Part shown: positions 38,801 through 51,731 of the stretch, one piece after another | Numbering within the stretch: the first letter of the stretch is position 1 | Layout of the letters: every line of letters starts with the position of its first letter | DNA from: Lingula anatina | Lineage: Eukaryota > Animalia > Brachiopoda | Direction of reading: 5' to 3' | NCBI GenBank assembly: GCA_051362555.1 | Contig: CM120647.1 | Location: 13,182,651-13,246,650, forward strand | DNA length: 64,000 nucleotides | The notes under the pieces: generated by a model | Databases searched by the model: none | Seen by the model: only the letters and a program-made list of their open reading frames with translations | Told to the model about the DNA's origin: nothing | Translations under genes and position numbers: made by a program

Positions 38801-39900
38801 TTTCAGTGGTTGAGTAAAATGACCACCAGATGGCATCTTTCCTCCAGTAGGTGTCGCCCTTTTCAAGAAAAGCCGAATCCAGTGTGCCACCCTGACCTCC
38901 CTGGCTCATCTCCTTCCACTTGTCTGTATAGAGAGGCCAGAGCTGTACAAATGTGTAGAAACCTTGTGTATAAAGGGGCAGCAGGTGCCCCCACCCTGGC
39001 TGCCTGCCGTCCATGTGAATGTGTGAATATCTTGTAAAGAACAAATAATTTGACTGTATAGTGTAAAGTTGCAACCTTGATCTCTGGTCATTTACAATAG
39101 GGGGAGCTCACGCAGGAAAGATGGGGTGGCACAGCCTCGGTGTAATGTTTTTTCTTTTTCATTGGGAGATATCATGGGAGCTTGTGTTATATTGGAAATG
39201 GATAGCTGGGGATGATTGGGGAGAGACCTTGTGAAAATGGAAAGGGAGAGATGGGATTGTGATTGGTGTGGAATGCTCTCAAAATCTTGATTTTGAGGAA
39301 ATATTTTTGAACGTAAACTTGGTCCGGGGAAATTATTCCAAGGGTTTCATGGCAATGCTGTACTATGATTGCCCATACTAAGGGCATGATGTTTGCATTT
39401 ACTTGGAGGAAAAAAGTCAAGATCTTGTGAAGTATGTCAGTCCCTCTCTTCCCCATTTCAGATGTTGAGAAACAAAGGACCCAATCATAATCTTGTTACA
39501 TGCAAATCAAGCATTATACAAGGTATACAATACACGAGTCTTCAGTGCTTAACATCACCATTGGCCAGCAAGGTACCTGTTACATAAACTTGCTAACCAG
39601 AGGTCTATCCCTAAGTTATCCCTAGGGGAGGCTACCCCTGTTTGTTGATACCAGTGACCACAAGCTGTATGTAAATGTAGCATGTTGTAGGAAAAAAGAT
39701 CCAAAGTACTGTAGATTTTTTGTTGAAGAACTCTGTATATGGTGTACAAAGCTCATCAGACCCTACCCTCTTACTGGATGAATAAAAATGGGAACGGGCA
39801 CTATTATAAACATTGAAGAATGGTCCATTGTATAATTATTGCATTCTGCCCTTTCAATGTTTTGCTAGTATAAAATAATCTTTCAAAGCATCAGATTGTG
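35847..39900 (+). other. Putative long (2-4 kb) pumilio 3'UTR
   Basis: Transposon-free, UGUA-rich region; AATAAA at 37816-21 and 39781-86; GT-rich element at ~39895. Confidence 0.5.
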
Positions 39901-40556
39901 TTGTTTTTGTTGCCTCTTCATTCTGTGGACTTGGTCCTTAAAACTTATCAACCCCACTACCTGTCTATCAGGGTCACAAAAGTATGTGCACTTTTCTCGG
40001 TGCAGACAAGTACCATCATGTGTCGGGAGATAATATATCAGTGAATATCTAGTGAACAACCGATCTGTGGTCCTGGTAGAGGGACATCAACCCACTGGCT
40101 TTTGGAGTAGGGACTGCTGATCCAATATACCAGTTTGTAAAACGCACTCAGCTGACAAAAGTTCGTCTTTACTAATTACAGTAATTCAAAAATACAGTTC
40201 AGCAGGTTTTATATATTTTAAACTAGAAAAGAGGAATGTAGGACTTGGCTTTTGGTGTAGTGCTGCTCCAGTCTGTCTGTACAGTTAACATTGATGATAA
40301 TCCAGGGGGGGAATGAGTATCAAGACACCATGGCCTTCTTTTGTTACAGCATTTCTCAATGACTTACATTTCTGTTTCTATTCTGTAACACAACACTACA
40401 CTGGATGATTAGGAGCATTTGCTCTTAAGGCCTATAAAGTTTAGTAGAGGTTAATTTTCTTGTACCTGAAAGGGGGGGGGGGGTATTGGGGAGTATCTAC
40501 TAGTATTTGTACATACAATCAATTTGAAAACAAGTAATTAGTGTATTGAACAAAAA

Positions 40557-40562
40557 TTTATT
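40557..40562 (-). terminator. Putative poly(A) signal of the ZNF704-like gene
   Basis: TTTATT on + (AATAAA on -), ~3.4 kb downstream of the stop codon. Confidence 0.4.
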
Positions 40563-41676
40563 GGAAAAAAAAAATACATCCCAATTACTGACGTTAAGCA
40601 CCCTAACACGCTAAAACGCTATAATATATTTATAACATGGAAAAGATGGTAGAAGTCTCTATAACATGCAGAATACTTGGCTTGACTGATGTATACTAAG
40701 GCACAAGTTTGAGGGAATCTCACTCCCTTTTTGAGAATCGTTTGTTGCAAAACAGCTTGTATGTCGCCATTGACATTTTTGATCAAATTGACTTTCATAA
40801 CATGCTTTGGCCAACTATAGCCAATAAAAAGAGGTGAGAAAGGTATTGTCCACTAAACCATCTGCATTGAATTATATGTGCAAAATAATGATTACTAGCC
40901 ATTCAAACGGCACAGAATTGAAGTCACGCAGGAGATGATGTCGTCAAACAATACAAATAAATAAATAAAATAATGTCCAGTATTTCACATATCTTAGAGC
41001 TACATTTTAAGTGATCCTACTAAATACCTGTATTACACACTGTGAATATACTTATATATCATATAAACTCTGTATAGATTGCGATTTGAAACTTGCTTAT
41101 TTTCACACAAAAACAACCTGTGCAAGTGATGAAAGCTTAAATAATATATGTGGTAGCAATAGACACTTCGAGCCAAGCACAATCATATATGATAATATCT
41201 CGACTGTTCATCTATATATATATATATTAATATATACATTTGTATGTGCATCGTGTATACTTCATTGACTTCATGATATAATGCTCATCAGAAGATTTGC
41301 AACACATGATTTACCCCTTTTGAAATATTTACAAGGATTATAACACAGATCTGAATTAACAGCTTTTGAAATATTTACACTGACAACAAGTTTGTAATTG
41401 TAATGTGCACCGATGAAACCCAAGCAAATTTGATCATTTTTAAAAAGTCTTCAAGCGAAAATATTTCTGAAAACTCCCTTTTTGCATAGTTGGCCAAAAA
41501 GAATGCACTAACTGTAACAACGATAAAACCTTGACATTAAATTATCATGATAACTTTGAGTTTCTAAATGCATATCGTGTAAGGTGAGAGAAATTGCAAT
41601 TCCAATTTCAACTGGTCTGATATATGGTACGGGAGACCTTTTCATGTGTAGATCTACCTTGGTCATAGACTTATCA

Positions 41677-41806
41677 TTGACCTTCATACAGGACCATCGA
41701 GGTCATGGTTCACACCAATGAACTACATACAGGACCATCAAGGTCATGGTTCACACAAGTGACCTTCATACAGAATTAAATAGGTCACAGATCACACCAA
41801 TGACCT
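41677..41806. repeat. ~41-bp tandem repeat (3 copies)
   Basis: TGACCTTCATACAGGACCATC(G/A)AGGTCATGGTTCACAC.. units. Confidence 0.75.
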
Positions 41807-44005
41807 AGACAAACTTCTAAATTAGATCATTATTGACATGAATCTCTACAATGTACACTGTACACACACCATATACCTCCACATAATTACTCTGATTTAT
41901 TCAAAGAGGCAGTTCATGCAATTTAATACAACATTATTTTCAAACCCGAAAATTCCATAGGCACAACAATTATAGCATGGAAACAGAAACATTTCAGGCA
42001 AGAAAAAAATCTCATGACTTGCCCCTTTTCTCCTTCACAATTATACATAGCACTCCAATTGACCCGTATTAAAAAGTGTGACTATTATTCACAAGATGCA
42101 GGTTCATCCCATTTTAAAGTTTTCTTTTGTATATCTTACCAACAGGGAATTTTTAATAATAGACATCTGGTAGTTTCTTTACACAGAAATAATTAAGTTT
42201 AAAGTTTGATGATCTTGATGTATAACTGTAGCAATTTTGGCAGCCTATGAGGAGCTAGTCCAGCTCTTATTTTAGCACAAACAAACAAACAAACAAACAA
42301 ATAAATTTAGAAAGAAACAGAATTGAGAAAGTGAAAAAAGTGCCCATCTAAAGCTTTAAGAGAAGAATTTTATGAAGAAACAATCTGTCAAAAATTTAGG
42401 AATACGCATTTTTTAAACTTATGGCAAATTGAAAAGTGCAAGATTAAAATTTGTGAAATTCCACCATATTTAGTTTTCCCTGAGGTGTATAACACTTGTT
42501 TATCATGAGCGGTGCATACATCAAAAGAGTGCAAAGCCAGAACACCCCCGACTCTACAACCTGGTGATCATCTGCAAACCATGCAAGAATCATCCAAAAA
42601 GTTTACCCCATGGATAAAAATAATAAATATTCCAGGGTTCTGTTACAGAAAAGAACTTGGGGGTCCCAAAATAGGCTGCAACTTTTTTCCCTAAAAACTC
42701 TGGTATACTTCAATTCAGTGCCAATCCAAGGCAGTCCACTAAAATAATGTAACTATTTGTTGAAAACAGCTATTTCTTAAACTTCATTAGACATACAATA
42801 ATTGATTTAACTTGGACCAAGACTGATAAATCTGGATTAGAAATACCCTTAATTTGAAATTTTTGGTCTAAGGTGAAGACTAACTAGGTTTTTGAAGTAC
42901 TTTCATGAAACTGCATGGCACCTCTAAATGTGTAAAATCACAGTTTGCTTTAATGCCTGTAAGAATGTGAGCAAGACCAATGACCTGCAAAAATGATATG
43001 GTTGTACAAATATACAACAGTGATTTTCTTTCACTCACTTTACTTTCCAATTATATAAGACACATATTGTACTGTTAACTTAATTTAAGTGTACTTCTCT
43101 AAACAAGTAGTTGCCCAAACTATGCCACACAATCATTTTCATTTTCTGTCCATTTTTTTTTCATAATTTAATTTAATTTTTTTTCCTTCCGTCAAATCTG
43201 TATAGCAGATTTTGAGCACCTGTATTTACTGTTGTCATGGGACTTATACACACACCTCAAAAGAATAACTCTTTTCCTCAGTCCTTTTGACAATTTGGCA
43301 TTTTTGGAGAAAATGTTGTATCTACATTCAAGATCCCAAAATGAAATCTAATGATCAAAACCTGTCTCTTTTAGTAGATGATCAGTGTCTGCAATAAAGT
43401 GCTGTATATCCAGATATTAGTTGGCTTAATTATCTGTTGAAACACGTCACACCACATTTTCATTCATAGGGGAAATCCAACAACATTTACACTGCTGACA
43501 GTGATCAACTGTTTATATATACATATCAGTTGCATAGATTACTTTATGTATATTATGTGATATTCATAAATACTGAAAAGATACTAATAAAGTAGATATG
43601 ATGTGTTGAATACAAGTGCCCTAGTACTTTTCTTCTACACAATTACTCCTCCTTCACAAAAGGAAAACAACCTTACACACCTATTCCTAATAGATTAAAA
43701 ACACAAAGGTACGTGTTCTCATATCATTCTGAGATATTTTCACTCACTGACAAGTTGAAGTGACCTTCACTCATGGAATTGACCTTCACCCATGGGAGTG
43801 ACCTTCACCCTTGACCTTGCTGACCCAGCAGCAAGAGTCCACATTATGAAATGACGAGGTGGTGGAAAGAGATCCAGGTTTTCTCCTCTGTAAATCATAT
43901 GCAGGTTTCTTTTCACTTACACTGTGTTAACTCCAAGTCTGTTCTTTCTATTCGTAGACTCTTTGAGATATTTCATCCAATGAGATGAAAGGAAACCCCT
44001 AACCT

Positions 44006-47000
44006 CTACTCTATAAATCGAGTGCAGGCTTTCTTCCATTTACACTGTGTGCACCACATATCTCTGTTTTCCATCCCGTACACTTTTCGACATTTTTTCA
44101 CCTCACTTCGAGATTTTTTGTGAGTTGGGGAGCACCTCGGAGGAGTCCCAAATACATGAGATTTTGGAGAAGCAGCCTGGTGGCTGTGGAAACGTTCCTG
44201 GGAGTTGGGTTTCACAATTTTTATGGCAGAGGTCATCTGTAACAATGAAAAAGATGGCTTTTTATTATAATGTACCCTGTTGAGAGATCTGGATCTTGAA
44301 ACACTTAACATTAGAAAGTTCCAATAATCTGACGTAAACATTCCACAGTATTTAACAATTTGAAATCTCTCTCTCACCTACACACACACACACACACACA
44401 GAAACACACACACTCTATCTTCATATGTATAATACATATGTTTTTCAATACGATGACTTTGACCATGAAGGATTTACATATATATATTCATGCATGTATT
44501 CATCAATTGGATGTCTGTTAGGCTTACTATCATCTCTACAAGTGCTGTCCCCTTTATACTCACATAGGAGCCAGCAGGTTCAGAGGCTGAGATCTGATGT
44601 GGGCGTGGGGAGTCACCACTTGTCCATGACAAAGTCTGCTGCAGGTTGCCAGGAATGTTGATTGGGCTTGTATTGGAATCTTCTGTGAAATGAGGTTTAA
44701 CTTCCTGTAATAAAAATAATCATAATGCACAGAGCACTTAATATTGTATTCAATAAAAGTCAAATATCTGAACACTGCTTTTTTTTTAAATCAGAACTTT
44801 GGCCAATTCATGGAATTCAGAATGTTGTGCATGTGTGTTTGTTTGTGCATGCACATACATATATGTTGATTAAAAAGGTCATAGCCTGAAAAGAGCTTAA
44901 TAAAGGCATAATATGCCATCTTAATTTCTTCTCATAGAAACTAACCCAATCCAAGGAAGACAGGACGAGGTACTGGGGAACAAAAACAACATGCTGAGTA
45001 AGTCTTCTCACCTTGACTTTTCTCAGATAATCGTGGTCCATATTCCACCTGTGAGCGGTTTCAAAATGGCTGACATCTGGCGGTGAAGATGTGTACATCT
45101 GAGCGAAGGAATCCACCATACTGTCAACCGTAACCTCTTCCTCTGTGTAATAGAACTCCTCTTCGTGGTCGGAGAGATCAGCGTCTGAACTTTGTGGTCT
45201 AAACAAGAAAGTTTTTCAAATTCGTCAAATTTCTCGAATTCACCTGCTATATAGCAAAGCTCAAACTAGGAGGTAAATTATGCTTAGAATAGAATGTTTT
45301 AACAAGCTTTTTTTTATTTGCCAAATAACAAGCAATTACAATATTTAGTCTCAAATATTTCATCCAAGAATTGGTCTTTAAATCAAATGCATATTTTTTC
45401 ATTTTTTCACTTGCATACATTCAAGTAAATAATGCCTAATAATTTTAACCGTAAAGATGGTAATTAAAATGGAATCTTTTTTTCTTCTTTTTTTTTTTAT
45501 TTGCATTCATACAAATATAGATACTTCAACTGCCTTAATTCTTACCCCAAATGTGCTTCCCTGACATGTTTCTCGATGGCTTCACATGTACTGTGGAATC
45601 TGCCGCAGCCCGGCCAAGTACACTTGAATATGGTTCTTGTTGATGGCTACAATGCATAATATTTTGATTGTTAAGCTGATTGTAAAATATTCTGTTAACA
45701 GATATAAATCTGAAGCAGACTGCACATTTGCTTTATAATGTCAAGATCATTAAAATAAAAATCAGTTTATTGTCACACCAACAACAATGTCACAATGACC
45801 CCCATTTCACTGTCATACCTAACACAATGTCACGATGACCCAGACTCCTTGTCACACCTAACACAATGTCACAATGACCCAGTCTCACTGTCACACCTAA
45901 CACAATGTCAAAATGACGCAGACTCCTTGTCACACCATACACAATGTCACAATGATCAAAACTCCTTGTCACACCTAACACAATGACACAATGACCCAGT
46001 CTCATTGTCATATCTAACACAATGTCACAATGATCCAGACTCTTGTCACACCTAAAACAAAGACCCACACTGCAACAAGACGCAATGAAAACACAATCCT
46101 CACCTTTCTCCTCTTACTGCTCCCTTCCTCGCTGAAGTAGGCAGAGTTAGAATCTTCCAAAACAATTCCTTCATCCAGAGAGGATCCAAACACAGTAAAT
46201 GAAGGGGCGCTTTCACTGACTTGCATGGGTGGCGAAGGAGACCCAGACTTAAAGCTCGAAGACAAGAAACTGTCATTGAAGGAGCGTGGACTCATTGCTG
46301 TTGGCTCTCCTGAAAAATTGTTATTATTTTATTTTTATTTATTAGGTAATAATTTTATTTTAAAGACACTGCACAGAGTATTCTGTCAGTATAGTAATTA
46401 TTTATGACTATATAAAGTTCTTGCACATAATACAAAAAGACGCCCCTTAAAGTTATCTGCTGGAAACTTTACCAGTAATTAATCATGTTGGCTACTTTTC
46501 TAGCTTTTGCACATAATGAATGCTAGACTTATTCATATATTCAATTAATATAAAATACATTAGCCTTGATCCTTCCTCTGCCAGATCTCCAATCATACAA
46601 TAATTCAAAATGTACAATGTCCATTACTGTGTCACATTGATAATAGACAGATGAACATACACTCATCCATTTTTTGGAGGACACAACTGAGGAAGAGTTC
46701 ACAATGTTTTGTTGTTACAGCAATGGCACACAGTGGTCATTTTTTAGTTGTTACAGTCGATTCTCAATTGTTAAAGATTATTTAAAAAGAAGTGCACCTT
46801 TTAACGTTGGTGACACGGGACTACAAGACAGAGCAGTGAGAACCAAGGCCGCAGACCTCTCGTCCATCATCTCAGCCTCATTCTGGTCTGTTTGCATCAA
46901 GTCATCGAGATCTGGTGAACCCTTTCTGCGACGTCTGAAGCAAAATAATAATAATAATAATACAATAAAATAAATAATGATGATGATGATAATAATAATG

Positions 47001-50000
47001 GACTTAAAGTGAATAATAACTATAATAGTTAATGACATTAATACACATAAATGACATAATTAAGGAAAAAATACTCTTTTCATTAAATGGCTTGCGCTTG
47101 TCCTCGACATGCTAATTACTAAGTAAAGCTTTGTGTTGGATCGTTATTAGATCTGTGGGATATCTGCAAAATTTTATTTTATAACTCTTTTGTGGGAGGA
47201 ACATAAAGATGACATGCCTTAAAGCTTAATTTATACACTAACAACTTATTAATTTGTTCATTAATTGAAAAATCAATACAAGACTCATACTGTGTTAAAA
47301 TGTCTTTTATTTACGCTGCTAGGTCAAACTTTAATAACATGGTATACTTTATCTAACATCAATCAGGAGAGTAATATTATGTTCTTTAGTCATTTACGTA
47401 AATTCTTTTTTCTCTGGACTGAAATAATAATATCTTTAACATCTGGCCAAAAAGGAAATAAGAAAGATAGAAAAGAAACCACTACACTTTTGAGTGTGGA
47501 TGTGAGCCTAGAAATGGAATCTGTGCCCTTATTCACGTAGCATTCCACACAAGTTCTATGTCCTCAGTATATTAACAACCTTGAGGTCATGTCCTTAAAG
47601 TGACAGAGTAACATGAACATTTAACGCTGAGGAACTTGACGTTTAACGCCCTAATTGAAAGCGATGGGGCAAAGGTTAAGAGAGGATGATGTTCTTAGGG
47701 ATGGAGATGATTGAGCAATGGGCTATAAGGCCAAGTTACACAAAATTATTTTTGTCTGAAATTGGTCTTGACTGAAAGACCAGAAACTTGGTCCCATTCA
47801 GCTCAAGATTAATCTATAATGACATACTCCAATACAGTCAAAAACATTGGTCAATGCCATGCTTTTATTAACAGTATTTTATTCAGTCAGGTTACCACTG
47901 ATTAACCTCAAGTTCAAAGACACTTAATGTAAGTCTAAAAGTTAACAGCAATTTCGGGGCTAAAGTCCTTCACTGAAATGGGGCCCAATTATCTACGCCT
48001 GTCATGATTTATGCCTGAGTCACTTTGTGAACCTAGGATTGCTATTGGAGTTCATTAGCACCCCCCCCCCCCCCAATGAGGAAGGGGGGGGGGCGGTGCA
48101 TTGCTTCACTTGTTATTCTAGCTAGAATGGAAAAATCACTTGGTTCTTTTTTTAAGTCCACATTGTCCCTAGACAGTGCTAATGGGTTGACTAGTCCAAT
48201 TAAAAAAAAAAACTACACTTCCTTGAGCAAAAATAAAACAACTTATGTTTTAAACCATAGATCATTAAATAGTTAATTAGTAAAGTGAGATCAGATTAAT
48301 CATAAATTGAAGGGGATCAAAGTTTTCTGGTCCAATGAATCATTTGCCCATATATATATATATATATCACATGATAATGCTGCACAGTGGCACTTGAAAA
48401 CCATTTGAGTACTATACGTCATAACATTTCAAAGAGTACCCCGTTTGAAAATGAACTTTGTTGGCCCTTATTGTTATCATGCATGTTTGATGGCAGAGAA
48501 AAAAGGGAATTTTTGTTATGCAAGAAACTTTTAACTTCTAAAAATCCATGATTTGATCCCTTATTCAGACAGGTTTAGAATATAATGTCTCAGGCAAAAT
48601 GTGGTATCTTAATTCATTAATTCTCTCTCACTATCCCCCCCTCCCAATTAATAAACCCCCCTTCCTTCTTGATTTCTTGCATTGACCTGCACCTCCCTAT
48701 TACTAGTATATAACAAAAGTACATTCAAAGCCTTGCGGCACAAGTATTGCGTAAGTTTTTCAGATGTCAACAACCTCTCGTCCCAGAAAGCCACCAACAA
48801 CAAAAATGTTCTTTTCTGACCTGGAGCCTTTCAGTGAAATAACCATCCCACATGTAACCCACGTCATTCCAGTGACTTTGTTATTGTTTACAACACTGCA
48901 CTAGATTTCAGCCACTTACTTAAAGTACACAAATATGATTTACACAGTTTGAGAGACCCAGCTATCTATAGAGCTCTTGTAACTGATCTTCCATGATTCA
49001 ACTGTTACAGGTGTCAAATAACAAGCATGTGATCATAATTGTAACAGGTAAAAAAATAAATGATAATAATAATTATATCAGTGATATAGTCATGAGACAT
49101 ATATATATCATAACTTGCTAGTCATAGCATAAATGAAGAACCCCACATGGACAGCTAGTAAATCTGGGTCACTGCACTGATTGCCATGTAAATAAAACCT
49201 CAAGGTCAGCTTAACCTTACAGCACCCTGAGTTTCACTGATTGCTGCTGGAGACTCACCTCTATGCTGACAATATATGTGAGATTCGGGGCCATGGCTAT
49301 AGTCCGAAGGTTCATTAGTCCGAAGGTCCACTGGTCTGAATTTTCACTATAGAACCTTTGGACCAATGAACCCTTGATTAAAAAACCAATGAAAAAGTTA
49401 CCATTTATCGGACCAATGAACCTTTAGACTATAGACCCCCCCCCCCCCCCAACCATGTGAGACTCTATCGTACCAGTAACCTCTGAAACTGAGGCCAAGA
49501 AAAATTCAATTCAAACTGGTAACCAGCCAAGGAATCTTCAAATCAAAATTTGTAGCCAAATATTTAATTAACTGTGTCAATGCTTATGCAGAAACATGAT
49601 TTTACTTGTAGATCTATGCAAGTCTTATTTAAAATCTTAATTTGTGTTATCTTATTTTATTATCTTATTTATTCTTATTATTATAATTTAATTCCTGAAA
49701 AAGAATGTTTAGTTTTACCGTCACTAGAGGTCACTACTGTCATTGTTTTGAAAAGGAGTGTGTACTGCGAGTCCAAAGGTCCATTGTCCAAAATAGGTAT
49801 CACTGGACCAACAAATATGACAGAACTGACAGAAAAAAACATATATGCAGAAAAACAAATTAACAGGTCAATAATCAAACTGGTCAAAATTGGACATGGG
49901 AAATCATCAAAATTTTGAAAAAATTGTATCGATTAATAAGTAATTAAGTAACAAAAAACAAAAGAAATTGGTCTTAATATTGGCCGATCCAGAATCAACT

Positions 50001-51687
50001 TGCAGAATTCTGTTAAAACAACACAGTCAATGAAAATCTATTTGGAAATCAGACCAATGAATGTCTAGTGATAAACACATCATTTCTCAACAATGAAATC
50101 CCCTGACAACAATTTATACCAATGAAGCACCCGCATACAACATCTAAGGTTACTAGCACTCTCTTTCTTTATTTAACTTGAGTTTCATTATCAAGTAATC
50201 AATATGCATATGTTCTGAGGGCAAAATGACATCCCAACCTGAGAAACAATAACCATATTGTTTTATTTTCAAAGTTGCCTTTCTCATGCTACCTGAAACC
50301 TAGGAATGTATTAATCACTCACGCATGACACACTGAAAAATGACAGGCACATAATCATCTTAACTTTTTATCTTTTTTAGGTTTGGTTTGCATTCTACAT
50401 TCTCATTATTATATAAATTATAAGTATCAAGACCAGTGAAGCATCAACATTTTTATTACTTAAGTAAAACATTCTTATTTCTACATTATTTCATTTATTT
50501 AGTTTTCATTCATTAGTTATTTATTTATTCATATAATATGTAAACCAATTATCCTGACCACTGACACATTTCTTATTTCCCAACTCACTCACAATAATCC
50601 CTAATCTAAAAGCTATATGATATATGCAGTATTTTACGGCATTGGTGGAATTTTTTGCATTGCCTTAGTGTGCTCAGAGTCCGAAACCACAACATCTGTG
50701 TTAAACTGTGCACCGCAATCCCCTGCCAAGGATCATCTATATACACGTATATTCAACCCTGTACGGTAATTACTCTGTAATTTCAAACAATTATACTAAT
50801 TAAAAGAGAAAGAAAAAAGTTAGTTAGTATGACTTTGAATTTTGGATTCTAATATTTTGGAAAGTTAGTGAGTTAGTTCTCTTTGAGTCAGAAAGTATAC
50901 CACAGTAAGCATATGAAAATGATAAATTTTGAAAAAGTGAAAAAAAAAGAAAGAAAAGTTAGGCCTTTCAATAGCAATTACCATACATATATGAACCAAA
51001 AGCCATGTACAAGTATGAGGATGCAAACCAACACATAGACCCCTCAGGGTAAATTATTTTAAGATAAGCCCTGGGCAACACCACCATACATGCACTGTAA
51101 ATGGGTTTTGAAGCCAGTTAATTCAAGCAGAACATGACCATAGGCATGTGACCTAGCCCAAACAGTGGAAAATAAACTGTGAAATGTATTCCACTTAGAT
51201 TCCAGAATTAAATAAACATCAAGTGCACGCAGAGAGCTCAGTTGTCCAAATCAATTCTGTTGTTTATTTTTCTTTTGTTGTGAACACAACACTGAGAAAA
51301 ATAGCAATAACTTCAACAAAATATTAACATGAGTTTGTACAATAACAATAATAATGACAAATGGGAATATTCAAAATAATGATAATAATTTGTATGCCCC
51401 CCCCCCCCACACCCCTCAAAAATCGATGAGGGGTCAATTAACTGAAGCCTCCATGCATGGTCTTGTTATAAATAAAAATTCCCCATTAAGATAAGTACAT
51501 ATCCCAGCAAGCACTTGTGGTCATACCTTATCAGTAGGCCTATCTTATACCTGAGAGTACACTTTCCCTGCTTGCTATATCAGGTCAGTAGATTTGTATG
51601 TGTCAAGTAAGCAATGAGATGCTATTTATATCTTCTGCTGCATGGGCCAATTTAGAAAGGATTTGATGTTGGCAATAATGCAGCTAT

Positions 51688-51731
<44 letters not shown>

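Noticed and set aside
45772-46055. CRISPR-like periodic array
   Set aside because: Contiguous minisatellite units without unique spacers, in a eukaryotic intron
46661-46686. Micro-exon in ZNF704-like intron 2
   Set aside because: The better donor gives 26 nt (frameshift); the in-frame 24-nt option needs a weak donor; flanking exons already join in frame
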